IMG/VR virus record: IMGVR_UViG_3300042691_041259
Coordinates: 1 to 64,000 of that record
Length of the DNA: 64,000 nt
Strand: one strand, 5' to 3'
Source: a virus
Lineage: Duplodnaviria; Caudoviricetes
In this document: piece by piece, positions 9,039 through 17,266 of the stretch
How the letters are laid out: each line of letters opens with the position of its first letter
Numbering within the stretch: the first letter of the stretch is position 1
Position numbers and translations under genes: made by a program
The notes under the pieces: model-generated
Databases searched by the model: none
Told to the model about the DNA's origin: nothing
The model's input: the letters and a program-made list of their open reading frames with translations, nothing else

Positions 9039-10208
9039 CTAGTTGCTAAGAGGAGCTTTAATGGCGGGATGCGACTGATAGTTTTCAATGATGAAATCAT
9101 CAATAGCAAATCCTCTAAGATTTGTTTTCAGTGGACCAATGCCACATTCACCGGATTCAGTTTGCCAAAATTCTGTATTGACGCTGAGCTTAGGCAATTC
9201 ATAAGGTTCTCTACCAATTTGTTCCTTTGCCTGTTCAATGTGGTTACTGTAGATGTGGACGTCGCCCAAATTTCCAATCAATTCATCAGGTACCATGTTG
9301 ATTTCTTTAGCAATGATTTCAAGTAGCAAACCATAACTCGCAATGTTGAATGGTAAACCTAAAAATGTATCTACTGATCTTTGATTCCACATTAGAGAGA
9401 TCGCTCTGGTTGGAGCATTAAATTTCTCAAGAACTTCAGCAACATTACCTTCCCATCCTAATCTATCAAAAAACTTAGGCATTTGTTGACTTCTATTTTT
9501 GATGACCCAATCTCTACGTTCACCGCTATTCAACTCTCTTGTATAAACTTGAAATCCATAATGACAAGGTGGAAGAACCATTTGGTCTAATTCACCTACA
9601 TTCCAAGCCGAAACCATTAGTCGTCTTGAGTCTGGATTTGTTTTGAGTTCAGAGATTAGGTTTGCGATTTGGTCTATATTATTACCAAAAGGCATATATT
9701 CACCATTAGCGGATATTTTATTTCTCCAACTTCTCCATTGCTTACCATAAATTGGACCTAATTCACCCCGCTTCTTAGCAAACTCAGAATCAATTTTAAT
9801 TCTATCTATAAAAGATTCTTTATCTAAATAGTCGAAACCCTCTAACCCATTTTCTTTGTGAGAAAGTATCACTGATTTTTGATAGTTCTTATACGCATCA
9901 CCATCCCAAATATGACAATTATTATCAACAAGGTATTTGATGTTAGTATCACCTCTCAAGAACCATAACAACTCAGTTACCATTGTTTTCCAAGCCATCT
10001 TTTTAGTTGTAAGCAATGGAAAGCCATCTTGCATATTATGTCTGATTTGTCTTCCAAATACTGATAATGTGCCTGTACCTGTTCGGTCTTTCTTTTCTAC
10101 TCCATTGTCTAGAATATCTTGTAGTAGGTCTTGGTAATCTAAATCTAATTGATTACCTACATGCTCATAAGCACCATTAGGTCCAATTTGAAAATCGTCT
10201 GATATCAT
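9039..10208 (-). CDS. thyA: Thymidylate synthase ThyA with insertions
   Basis: DRTGTGT, FPLLTTKK, ELLWFLRG, LGPIYGKQWR, SRRLMVSAWN, LPPCH, QRSVDTFLGLPFNIASY, GDVHIYSNH. Confidence 0.97.
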   Translation of the reverse strand: MISDDFQIGPNGAYEHVGNQLDLDYQDLLQDILDNGVEKKDRTGTGTLSVFGRQIRHNMQDGFPLLTTKKMAWKTMVTELLWFLRGDTNIKYLVDNNCHIWDGDAYKNYQKSVILSHKENGLEGFDYLDKESFIDRIKIDSEFAKKRGELGPIYGKQWRSWRNKISANGEYMPFGNNIDQIANLISELKTNPDSRRLMVSAWNVGELDQMVLPPCHYGFQVYTRELNSGERRDWVIKNRSQQMPKFFDRLGWEGNVAEVLEKFNAPTRAISLMWNQRSVDTFLGLPFNIASYGLLLEIIAKEINMVPDELIGNLGDVHIYSNHIEQAKEQIGREPYELPKLSVNTEFWQTESGECGIGPLKTNLRGFAIDDFIIENYQSHPAIKAPLSN

Positions 10209-10214
10209 AACTTT

Positions 10215-10475
10215 CTATTGTTTCGGTGTTATTGTTATTGGATTGTTTCTCCAAAATTCTTTACCCTCTGCGCTTTTATTAAAGAACATAAAAAATTCTC
10301 CATACTTGCTTTTTACTTTTTCCATTTTTTCAATGTTGATTTCATCACTATCTCTAAAACTTATAGCAATATTAGCAAATGGATGTAACACGCCATCAAA
10401 ATCTTTGTATGTATATGTTAATAGTGTGACAGGTAGTTCGCACTCACTCTTGATTTGTTGATAAAGTTCATTCAT
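10215..10475 (-). CDS. Hypothetical protein (86 aa) flanked by a 15-bp direct repeat
   Basis: tcataactttctatt occurs at 10205-10219 and 10472-10486. Confidence 0.6.
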   Translation of the reverse strand: MNELYQQIKSECELPVTLLTYTYKDFDGVLHPFANIAISFRDSDEINIEKMEKVKSKYGEFFMFFNKSAEGKEFWRNNPITITPKQ

Positions 10476-10502
10476 AACTTTCTATTATTTCGTTGTTGTA
10501 CG

Positions 10503-12311
10503 TTATCGTATTAGTGTTACTATTCCACTTTGTTCTTTGTTAAATCCATCACGGTCTCTATATTTTACAACCCAGTTGTATGTATCAGTGGGTGGGTAAT
10601 ATCCGGTTCCGGAATCGCCGGTCCAAATAAGATTTGAAGATTCGTATATTGGTGCACCCCAACGATTAAAAATTGTCATTTTTGGATAGTACGCAGATAA
10701 AGCCGTTATCCTAAAAACATCGTTAATTCCATCACCGTTTGGTGTAAAAGAGTTTGGAGCATAAAATCTTTCGCAAGAAGTTGTGCTTATACTTATTTCT
10801 TGTGTGCTGCTTTGACAGCCTATTTCATCAATTCCATAAACACCTATGACATAGGTATTTGTGGTATCATACCATTCTACTGTAAAAACATTTCCATCTG
10901 TACTTTGTAATGAATTGTCAATTGACCAATAATATGAAAAGCTTCTGATATCATCTGCAACATATCTTTGGCTTGGCGAGTCCAAGCAGAGATCCAGCTC
11001 TTGTTTTGTATAACTTATGTTAGGCGCCTGGTATAAAGGCTCTACCGTTACATCAATACTTTTGCTAACATCGCATCCGTAAATGTTGGTGAGATACTCA
11101 GGCCAATAAACTCCTGGCTGGGAGCCTACAAAAACGTTTCCGTTTACATAGTCTCCAGTCCAGATTCCGCCTATAGGAAGAGCGCTTAAATTGGCTGATT
11201 GATTATAGCAAATTCTATAGGAGCTGCTGATTTCAATTTCAGGAACAACCAGTTCCACGTCGCAAGTTTTAAGTGTGCTTTCGCATCCTTGCGGCGTAAT
11301 CTCTTGGACAGTGATTGTGTATGTTCCGGGAATCTCCCCCCAGAGTATTTCACAGTTTGATGTTTGATCCGTGGTAACTAGGCCTCCGCCTGACAGATGC
11401 CAATCGTAAATAGAGAACTGGCTTCCTGTGACTGCGTAACCAACCTCGGATCCTGTACAAGTAGTATCAGGACATGGTATTAGATTGTGAGTAATATCTC
11501 CCATACTAAAGTATCCGCAAGAGCCATCATCACAGCCTGCCAGTATATCAAAATTGCAAGCACCTGGATCTGTGCATCCACCATATGTACAACTGCCATC
11601 ATCGCAAAGAGCGGCTGGGTTAAAGTTGCATGCAATTGGATCTATGCAATCGGGAAAAGAGCAGCTTCCGTTATCACAGTCCGCTGCAGGATTGTAATTA
11701 CAAGCTGTGGCATCGGTGCAGCCCGCGGTAAGGCAGCCAATTGTTCCGCCAAAAATAGGAAACTCCGGATCGAAGCACATTTCAGTTCCCCAACTACCCA
11801 TACTACCATCAGCAAATGGTGTAACGCCAATTGTTAGATCAAGCGGAACACCAACATTTGCCACAGTCAAAGAAGCACAAAAATTCCAAATGCAATCACC
11901 CATCATACAGTAGTCTCCCCAGTCATTTCCGGGATTTCCATCGGTTGGACCGGTAGGGCCTTCAAAGAAATAACCAGGTCCTGCGGTAATTCCTGTTGCA
12001 TCGGAAGTAACGTTGTCTACCCATAGCCAAGTTCCACTAGCATCGCCATCAGCATCGGAAGGCGGACTAACTGGAACCACGGATTCCCAGCCTTCGCCAA
12101 GGGTTAAACCAAATCCTTCAAACCAATTGGATCCTTGAGCATTTCCATTCCACCCATCTTGGGTAACACAAAGTTCCACTACCGTACCTGGTGGGTACGT
12201 GTTATCAGGGTTTGGTGGAGTGTCGAGTACAAAGGACAGATTCCCTGAGCACTGTGCACAACTGACCAGGCAGGAAATTGTGAGTCCTACCAAAAGAATT
12301 AGTTTTTTCAT
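10503..12311 (-). CDS. Cys-rich repeat secreted protein with T9SS type B C-terminal domain
   Basis: Signal peptide ending SCA-Q; three GCTDxxACNYNPxAxCDxGSC repeats; C-terminal FYAPNSFTPNGDGINDVF...IFNRWG..IY...W.G...Y.W...G.VTLIR. Confidence 0.9.
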   Translation of the reverse strand: MKKLILLVGLTISCLVSCAQCSGNLSFVLDTPPNPDNTYPPGTVVELCVTQDGWNGNAQGSNWFEGFGLTLGEGWESVVPVSPPSDADGDASGTWLWVDNVTSDATGITAGPGYFFEGPTGPTDGNPGNDWGDYCMMGDCIWNFCASLTVANVGVPLDLTIGVTPFADGSMGSWGTEMCFDPEFPIFGGTIGCLTAGCTDATACNYNPAADCDNGSCSFPDCIDPIACNFNPAALCDDGSCTYGGCTDPGACNFDILAGCDDGSCGYFSMGDITHNLIPCPDTTCTGSEVGYAVTGSQFSIYDWHLSGGGLVTTDQTSNCEILWGEIPGTYTITVQEITPQGCESTLKTCDVELVVPEIEISSSYRICYNQSANLSALPIGGIWTGDYVNGNVFVGSQPGVYWPEYLTNIYGCDVSKSIDVTVEPLYQAPNISYTKQELDLCLDSPSQRYVADDIRSFSYYWSIDNSLQSTDGNVFTVEWYDTTNTYVIGVYGIDEIGCQSSTQEISISTTSCERFYAPNSFTPNGDGINDVFRITALSAYYPKMTIFNRWGAPIYESSNLIWTGDSGTGYYPPTDTYNWVVKYRDRDGFNKEQSGIVTLIR

Positions 12312-12316
12312 TCAAT

Positions 12317-12637
12317 TTAAAATTTGTGATTGAAAGGGACTGCGTTATAGAATTCTACGCTATCGCCTACATTGTAAGTTTTGTAGGAATAGAAAGGAAT
12401 TCCACAGTCGGATATGTACAATCTATGAAGTGGCGGATTAGTGTCGCATTCCTCAATTGATACTACACAACAATTAACGTAATTGTTGCTGTCGGGAATT
12501 GTAAGACTCCAATCTTGCTTAGGAGGATTTTCCTTAAAGACGGTTTTTTCATCAGGTTTCTTGCGGATTGCAATAGCTGATATCCAAATGGATGCAATTA
12601 AACCAGCCATGGCAATAATAGATCTTCTGCTACTCAT
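12317..12637 (-). CDS. Small protein with N-terminal membrane anchor
   Basis: Hydrophobic IIAMAGLIASIWISAIAI. Confidence 0.55.
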   Translation of the reverse strand: MSSRRSIIAMAGLIASIWISAIAIRKKPDEKTVFKENPPKQDWSLTIPDSNNYVNCCVVSIEECDTNPPLHRLYISDCGIPFYSYKTYNVGDSVEFYNAVPFNHKF

Positions 12638-12641
12638 TTTT

Positions 12642-13121
12642 TTATAGATATGAAGTTGACAATTGTTTTAACGTTTTTAGTAATTTTGGATCTTCCACAC
12701 GACCAATAATTTTCATGTACGATTGATTTCTTGGTATACAAACCATTTCACGGCCATTGGCAACAAATCTTCGATGGCACTTAAATTCTTGAGTACTGTC
12801 AAGTTCATATATGCAACCTTCATTTGGATCCTGATTCTTGGAAAGTGGCACTGCCAAAAAGTAAACCCGGTGGCTGTTGCAAATTTTCTTTAACTGTGAT
12901 GGACTGACTGCAAAAGAGTCTTCTACCAAAAAAGGAACTTGAGTCTTTACCTCAATTCTCAGTCCGTCCATTAGCATATCTTTCTCAGAATCAAAAGGAT
13001 CCAGAGACTCTTCCACTATATGGCCTTGCTTTCTAAGCAAATGAGCAACAATTCTTTCACCGGTCATACCAAGCATGACCTTCTTTACATCAACGGTCTG
13101 TTCTTTCTTTACAGTTGCCAT
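12642..13121 (-). CDS. PD-(D/E)xK-family nuclease-like protein
   Basis: G..GE..V helix, D-M-L-M-D and IEVKT pattern. Confidence 0.6.
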   Translation of the reverse strand: MATVKKEQTVDVKKVMLGMTGERIVAHLLRKQGHIVEESLDPFDSEKDMLMDGLRIEVKTQVPFLVEDSFAVSPSQLKKICNSHRVYFLAVPLSKNQDPNEGCIYELDSTQEFKCHRRFVANGREMVCIPRNQSYMKIIGRVEDPKLLKTLKQLSTSYL

Positions 13122-13324
13122 TATTTTGCAAAGTGGTTATACACACTTGAAATTCCTTTGAAGACGCCAACGGTAAGTCCAATAAACATGGAAACGGGCC
13201 AAATAATAGAAGATATAACCGCGGCAGGCATAGACATTTCTTCGCCTGGCTTAGAGTTATAGTTTAACATAATAAGCGACATAAAGGTCGCAAAAAAACC
13301 GAGAATGTAAGTTAGGAGGTACAT
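13121..13324 (-). CDS. Small two-TM membrane protein
   Basis: Two hydrophobic segments; IWPVS motif. Confidence 0.55.
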   Translation of the reverse strand: MYLLTYILGFFATFMSLIMLNYNSKPGEEMSMPAAVISSIIWPVSMFIGLTVGVFKGISSVYNHFAK

Positions 13325-13342
13325 AGTTTCTTTTATTTTTTG

Positions 13343-13351
13343 CTATTTATA
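13343..13351 (-). promoter_or_regulatory. Class III promoter TATAAATAG (contains the T4 late consensus TATAAATA)
   Basis: Heads the run 13324, 13121, 12637, 12311. Confidence 0.55.
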
Positions 13352-13354
13352 CGG

Positions 13355-13846
13355 CTAAGAAAAGTCAGTGCTTGAGCAGACTCTTAGTCCATCAATTTCA
13401 TTGTCATAATGACTATACGAAAGGCTATAATTAGGATGAGTCTCTTGCATTTTCCGAATATAGTCAGGCCCAACAAAATGTCCGTCAGGGCACCAGTTAA
13501 GAGCCATAGAGATAAATTCTTCGCAACCCATTTCTGCACCGTATTCGTCAACTATTCGTCCGGCTTTTATGAATTCAAAAAGTTCTTCACGGTTTGAGTA
13601 GTATTTGTTCTTATGAAAGTTCCAGAGAAACTGCCAGCCCATGCTGCGTTTTCCCAAGTGAATCAAGGACTCCTCAGTAAAACGATCCCAAGGATTAGAC
13701 ATATCCCAAGAATCCTTGTCCTGTGTTCCAAATCCGCTCATAACTTCTCGGCCTGATGCGCCCAACTGCTGGACTTCTTGGAGAAGGGTTTCCTTTCTTT
13801 GTAGAATTTCCACCTCCGTCGGTATACGGTAGTAGTTGGTTCCCAT
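13355..13846 (-). CDS. Hypothetical protein (start moved to MGTNYY)
   Basis: The ATG at 13846 overlaps the upstream stop as TAATG; MGTNYY...IHLGKRSMGWQF. Confidence 0.65.
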   Translation of the reverse strand: MGTNYYRIPTEVEILQRKETLLQEVQQLGASGREVMSGFGTQDKDSWDMSNPWDRFTEESLIHLGKRSMGWQFLWNFHKNKYYSNREELFEFIKAGRIVDEYGAEMGCEEFISMALNWCPDGHFVGPDYIRKMQETHPNYSLSYSHYDNEIDGLRVCSSTDFS

Positions 13847-14202
13847 TACGCCCTGTTGAAAATGGTTTGACGATATTTTGGAACTGCATTGATGAGAGTG
13901 ATAATCTGTTCGTCCATCCCCATTGGCCAAGTAGCAGGGTTTCCCCATAGCATGCCACTGTCGCGTTGATTAAGCTGATACGCTTTATATGAAGGTCTAT
14001 ACCAAGAGCCGCTTTGTACATGACGGCGAACATAGCCAGACTCATGAAGTGAATAGTAAACTGCTGCAACTGGATCCCATAAACGGATGGATCCGCGCTT
14101 ATGCATTATTTCTGTGGTAACGTCTACCAGGTTCATGGAAATGCAAAGTGATTCAATTGCTTTGCGGTGCTTCTTTTCAATAATAGTGTACTTGTAAGCC
14201 AT
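13846..14202 (-). CDS. Hypothetical protein (118 aa)
   Basis: Follows a class I promoter element. Confidence 0.6.
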   Translation of the reverse strand: MAYKYTIIEKKHRKAIESLCISMNLVDVTTEIMHKRGSIRLWDPVAAVYYSLHESGYVRRHVQSGSWYRPSYKAYQLNQRDSGMLWGNPATWPMGMDEQIITLINAVPKYRQTIFNRA

Positions 14203-14222
14203 AATTTTATTTTTTTGTTATA

Positions 14223-14270
14223 TGTAAAAATAATACAAAAGTTTCACATCTGAAAATTTAGTTGTTAACA
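14223..14270 (-). promoter_or_regulatory. Class I element, spacer 10 nt shorter than the others
   Basis: TGTTAACAACT-N23-GTATTATTTTTAC; the box overlaps the end of the upstream CDS. Confidence 0.55.
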
Positions 14271-14770
14271 TCATACGGAGGATATAGACACCGTTCAGCT
14301 TTTTCAATAAAGCCATTTTGACCAAACCCCATACGATAGTCTGTCTGGATAAACCGGCTTCCCAGTTCCGAGAGATCCGTATCATCTACTGCGCACCAGG
14401 TTGCAACTGTGTTTATGAGAAGCCACTCCCGGATTTCCCGAACTCGTATGCTTTCAGGGCTTTCGCCAAATCTTTCAGGTGGCAACTGTGGCGTAAACGA
14501 AATAGGAGATTTTGCCACCCCATTGATTTTGAATATGAGATCACATGTGTCTTGCGAAAAATGCTTACGCCAATCGGAAGAGAGAACAATATTCATCTCG
14601 GCATTCATCAGCAAAAAGCGATTGAAAGCAATAACGCATTTTTCATCAAACATATACGGAACGCCAAGACCATAAGCATGCCGATCACGCTTCCACAGAT
14701 TATCTCGGTTTGTATGAAATTGCTTAGGAAGAGCAAGCACACCATCTATGTCAAGGAATACAACTTTCAT
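14258..14770 (-). CDS. HAD-domain protein of the Swiss-Army-Knife RNA-repair type (HAD_SAK_2-like)
   Basis: MKVVFLDIDGVL, IVLSSDWR, R..EI.EWL, W.AVDD.DL. Confidence 0.85.
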   Translation of the reverse strand: MKVVFLDIDGVLALPKQFHTNRDNLWKRDRHAYGLGVPYMFDEKCVIAFNRFLLMNAEMNIVLSSDWRKHFSQDTCDLIFKINGVAKSPISFTPQLPPERFGESPESIRVREIREWLLINTVATWCAVDDTDLSELGSRFIQTDYRMGFGQNGFIEKAERCLYPPYDVNN

Positions 14771-15006
14771 TATTCAACTATTTTTCCATACCATTCGCAA
14801 TTTGTACAACTTTCTTTCATAGGATCAAATTCTTTTCCAAAAGGATTGCAGTAGGCAAGCCTAAAATCAATTTCTGCACCATCGCTCCAATTACTAGAGT
14901 CTTGATTATTTGCCATAGGAACTTCGGCAGGTATCGCCCAGCAATCCCAAGCGGTAGAGAATTCAACAAGCCATTCTCCATTTCTATTTGTGAGCGTTCC
15001 TTTCAT
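14770..15006 (-). CDS. Hypothetical protein (78 aa)
   Basis: Start/stop overlaps with both neighbours. Confidence 0.55.
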   Translation of the reverse strand: MKGTLTNRNGEWLVEFSTAWDCWAIPAEVPMANNQDSSNWSDGAEIDFRLAYCNPFGKEFDPMKESCTNCEWYGKIVE

Positions 15007-15887
15007 TTAGGCAGTAACGGAGTTAACGCAGAAAAAACCTCTTCAGGAGTAATTGTTGTTGTACATTCAAATTGTTTTGGTGTTCCTTTATTTACCGGGC
15101 ACCAAAACCAGTCTCCTGGATTGAACATGTATTTGATATCATTTATACAACCATGACAAACACTTTTATTGATCAATCGAATAGTGTCCTCGGAAAACTC
15201 GTTGTCTTCTGACGTTATTCCGGATATCATAACAACCGGCTTTCCGATTGCATGCGCAACCCAAGAAAGACCGCTGCTTAGACCAATAAAAAATTCCGAG
15301 TGATGAATATAATTGGTCATCTGTTTAAGGTTCATTCCATGCTTTTTTACGCATGATTTTGGAGCCTGATTCCAATTGCCTTCAGATCCAAAGCTTTCAT
15401 GAACATCAATACAAACCGGGGTCAAACCAGCATTTCTTAGCATTTTGCATAATTGATCCCAGCCGCCACCAAAATTCCAATGCTTTGCCTGAGCTGTTGA
15501 ATGCATAGAAAAGCAAACGTACTTTGCCTTTATAGGTCTTTCTTCTACAAACTTATCAATTTTTGGACGTTTCCAATCGGTTATTCCTAATTGCTTTGCA
15601 TACCCTGACATTAACGGTTTCTCAAACTTGTAAAAAATCTCTTTGTACTCATCATACACGGTAGAACCAAGAGACCACTTATTTGTATGCGGATCATGTA
15701 TCGGTTTTGCAACGTGAGGATAGATTTGAGAAATCATTGGATAACTCTTTTCAAAGTGTTCTGCCTCAAGATTGCAAATCGCATCAACTTCTTGATCGGT
15801 GATTAGCCTAAAAGCATCAATAACAGCCATTGCACCGATAGTATCTCCAAGAGAGGATGACGCTATTTTTATGAGTACCTTTGGCAT
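15003..15887 (-). CDS. GT9-fold glycosyltransferase, Aah/TibC (autotransporter O-heptosyltransferase)-like
   Basis: SLGDTI, STAQAKHWN...W, FFIGLSSGLSWVAHAIGKPVVMISG, and a four-Cys iron-finger-like CHGC...WCP...FECT. Confidence 0.8.
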   Translation of the reverse strand: MPKVLIKIASSSLGDTIGAMAVIDAFRLITDQEVDAICNLEAEHFEKSYPMISQIYPHVAKPIHDPHTNKWSLGSTVYDEYKEIFYKFEKPLMSGYAKQLGITDWKRPKIDKFVEERPIKAKYVCFSMHSTAQAKHWNFGGGWDQLCKMLRNAGLTPVCIDVHESFGSEGNWNQAPKSCVKKHGMNLKQMTNYIHHSEFFIGLSSGLSWVAHAIGKPVVMISGITSEDNEFSEDTIRLINKSVCHGCINDIKYMFNPGDWFWCPVNKGTPKQFECTTTITPEEVFSALTPLLPK

Positions 15888-15889
15888 GT

Positions 15890-16489
15890 TTATTTGTAGA
15901 TCTCAATAAGTTCTCGCAAATTGCTGTTGATAGCCATCATGTCGTGGTGGATCTTATCCAGCTTTTCATACAGCTTATTGTAAGAGGCTGACATCTTAGC
16001 GGACTTCTTTTTCTTCTTTTTCTTTGTATCAAAATGAACCGGGCCATCGTAATTGTCAATTTCTTTCTTCAGGCTTTCATACGATTCAGAAATAGAAGAG
16101 TTCCCAGCCAATCTGCCCCAGTCAATTGCTACAGGAACATCAACATACTCGAGTTCATTTGCAAGGTCATTCAGGATTTGACGGCGGTCTTCGTTAGTTC
16201 CAGCCCAGCCTGTAATGATTTGCGCATGACGAGTAGAGAACCACAATGGTATGTGCTTGAGAACCCGCCATTCTCCACGAGAAACATTCTCAATGAAGTT
16301 GCAATTCTTTAGCATAGTCTGATATGAGCGATTGCGGTAGAACGGATCGCGGTTCCATAGAGTCTTTTTGATTTTGCGAGCACCGGGTGATGTAGCATCG
16401 AGCATATCGGCTACTTTGTAGGTTTTACCTACGGGAACTGAGTTGATGTAGGAAACTACTTTGTCGAACAGGGAATTTTCTTTTCTCAT
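15890..16489 (-). CDS. Hypothetical protein (199 aa)
   Basis: Follows a class I promoter element. Confidence 0.6.
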   Translation of the reverse strand: MRKENSLFDKVVSYINSVPVGKTYKVADMLDATSPGARKIKKTLWNRDPFYRNRSYQTMLKNCNFIENVSRGEWRVLKHIPLWFSTRHAQIITGWAGTNEDRRQILNDLANELEYVDVPVAIDWGRLAGNSSISESYESLKKEIDNYDGPVHFDTKKKKKKKSAKMSASYNKLYEKLDKIHHDMMAINSNLRELIEIYK

Positions 16490-16507
16490 TTATATTTTAT
16501 TTAGATA

Positions 16508-16566
16508 GGATAAAAATAATACAAAAGTTTTACAAAGTAAAATGTTTTTGCCAAAAGTTATTAACA
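16508..16566 (-). promoter_or_regulatory. Class I bipartite promoter element
   Basis: TGTTAATAACT-N33-GTATTATTTTTATCC. Confidence 0.75.
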
Positions 16567-16776
16567 ATCTTCAAGCACGGTAAATTCTACGTCCATTACG
16601 GACTGGCAAAAAAGGAAATGCGTTGAGTTCTTGAGAACATGATCCGCTCCCAAATGCTCTTTCCAGCCATTAAATGCCTCGGCCACTATGCTTCCGTCTT
16701 TCCTCATAAAATTGTGATGAGGAACCGAGCGAATTACCAAGTAAAATTTGTCGCCGTTCTGATAGAGGGTCTTCAA
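16561..16776 (-). CDS. Hypothetical protein (71 aa, TTG start)
   Basis: Fits the minus-strand gene chain. Confidence 0.5.
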   Translation of the reverse strand: MKTLYQNGDKFYLVIRSVPHHNFMRKDGSIVAEAFNGWKEHLGADHVLKNSTHFLFCQSVMDVEFTVLEDC

Positions 16777-16788
16777 CAGTCTGACTTT

Positions 16789-16884
16789 TTAGACGGTACC
16801 TACGAATGAAAGTACCGTGAGTAATAACGCAAACCATGCAACAATAAGGCCTGCATACATTAGATTTTCTTTTGTCTTGCTCAT
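16789..16884 (-). CDS. 31-aa single-TM peptide (not in ORF track)
   Basis: MSKTKENLMYAGLIVAWFALLLTVLSFVGTV*; ATGA overlap with the upstream ORF. Confidence 0.5.
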   Translation of the reverse strand: MSKTKENLMYAGLIVAWFALLLTVLSFVGTV

Positions 16885-17045
16885 GAGTTAATTTTTAATT
16901 TTTTGTTATGTTTTCTTAAGTGAACAATATATGTGCTGTGTTCTCTCAGCAGCTTGGCTTGACTTATGAGTGAAGCCTCGAGCTTCTTGACGCGCTCTTC
17001 CATAAGAGCGAGCTTAATTTCTAATTCTGATCTCTCGTTTTTCAT
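16881..17045 (-). CDS. 54-aa coiled-coil peptide (not in ORF track)
   Basis: MKNERSELEIKLALMEERVKKLEASLISQAKLLREH...; ATGA overlaps at both ends. Confidence 0.5.
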   Translation of the reverse strand: MKNERSELEIKLALMEERVKKLEASLISQAKLLREHSTYIVHLRKHNKKLKINS

Positions 17046-17173
17046 GGCAATGGCCCAAGCGTTTTTGAGCGGCTTTTTTCCACGCCTGTTTCAACTTGCT
17101 TACAATAGTTGGTTAACATTTTCCAAACTTTTGGAAGGCAACTTTTGTAGGTGGATTTTTTTGGTTGTTTCAT
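17042..17173 (-). CDS. 43-aa peptide (not in ORF track)
   Basis: MKQPKKSTYKSCLPKVWKMLTNYCKQVETGVEKSRSKTLGPLP*; directly after a class II motif. Confidence 0.4.
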   Translation of the reverse strand: MKQPKKSTYKSCLPKVWKMLTNYCKQVETGVEKSRSKTLGPLP

Positions 17174-17179
17174 TAAATT

Positions 17180-17205
17180 TTATATTCAACAAGTGAAAAG
17201 AGTTT
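17180..17205 (-). promoter_or_regulatory. Class II promoter-like motif AAACT-N-AATATAA
   Basis: Same spacing as the copies at 334, 26586, 28512, 38071 and 51167. Confidence 0.5.
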
Positions 17206-17225
17206 CAGCTTTAATAACTTATGAT

Positions 17226-17256
17226 AAAAAAACCCAGAGGCTATAAGCCTCCAGGT
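17226..17256 (-). terminator. Intrinsic terminator
   Basis: Minus strand ACCTGGAGGCT-TAT-AGCCTCTGGGT followed by a T-run. Confidence 0.75.
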
Positions 17257-17266
17257 CATTTACAAA

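Noticed and set aside
9039-10208. Intron or intein in the long ThyA
   Set aside because: The extra length is in short in-frame loops; no C/S...HN intein ends or homing-endonuclease motifs.
1926-12311. Host chromosomal DNA, with the rest being a prophage
   Set aside because: Phage-type genes and phage promoter motifs lie on both sides of and within the cluster; no integrase, att site or housekeeping synteny. An assembly chimera still cannot be excluded without reads.
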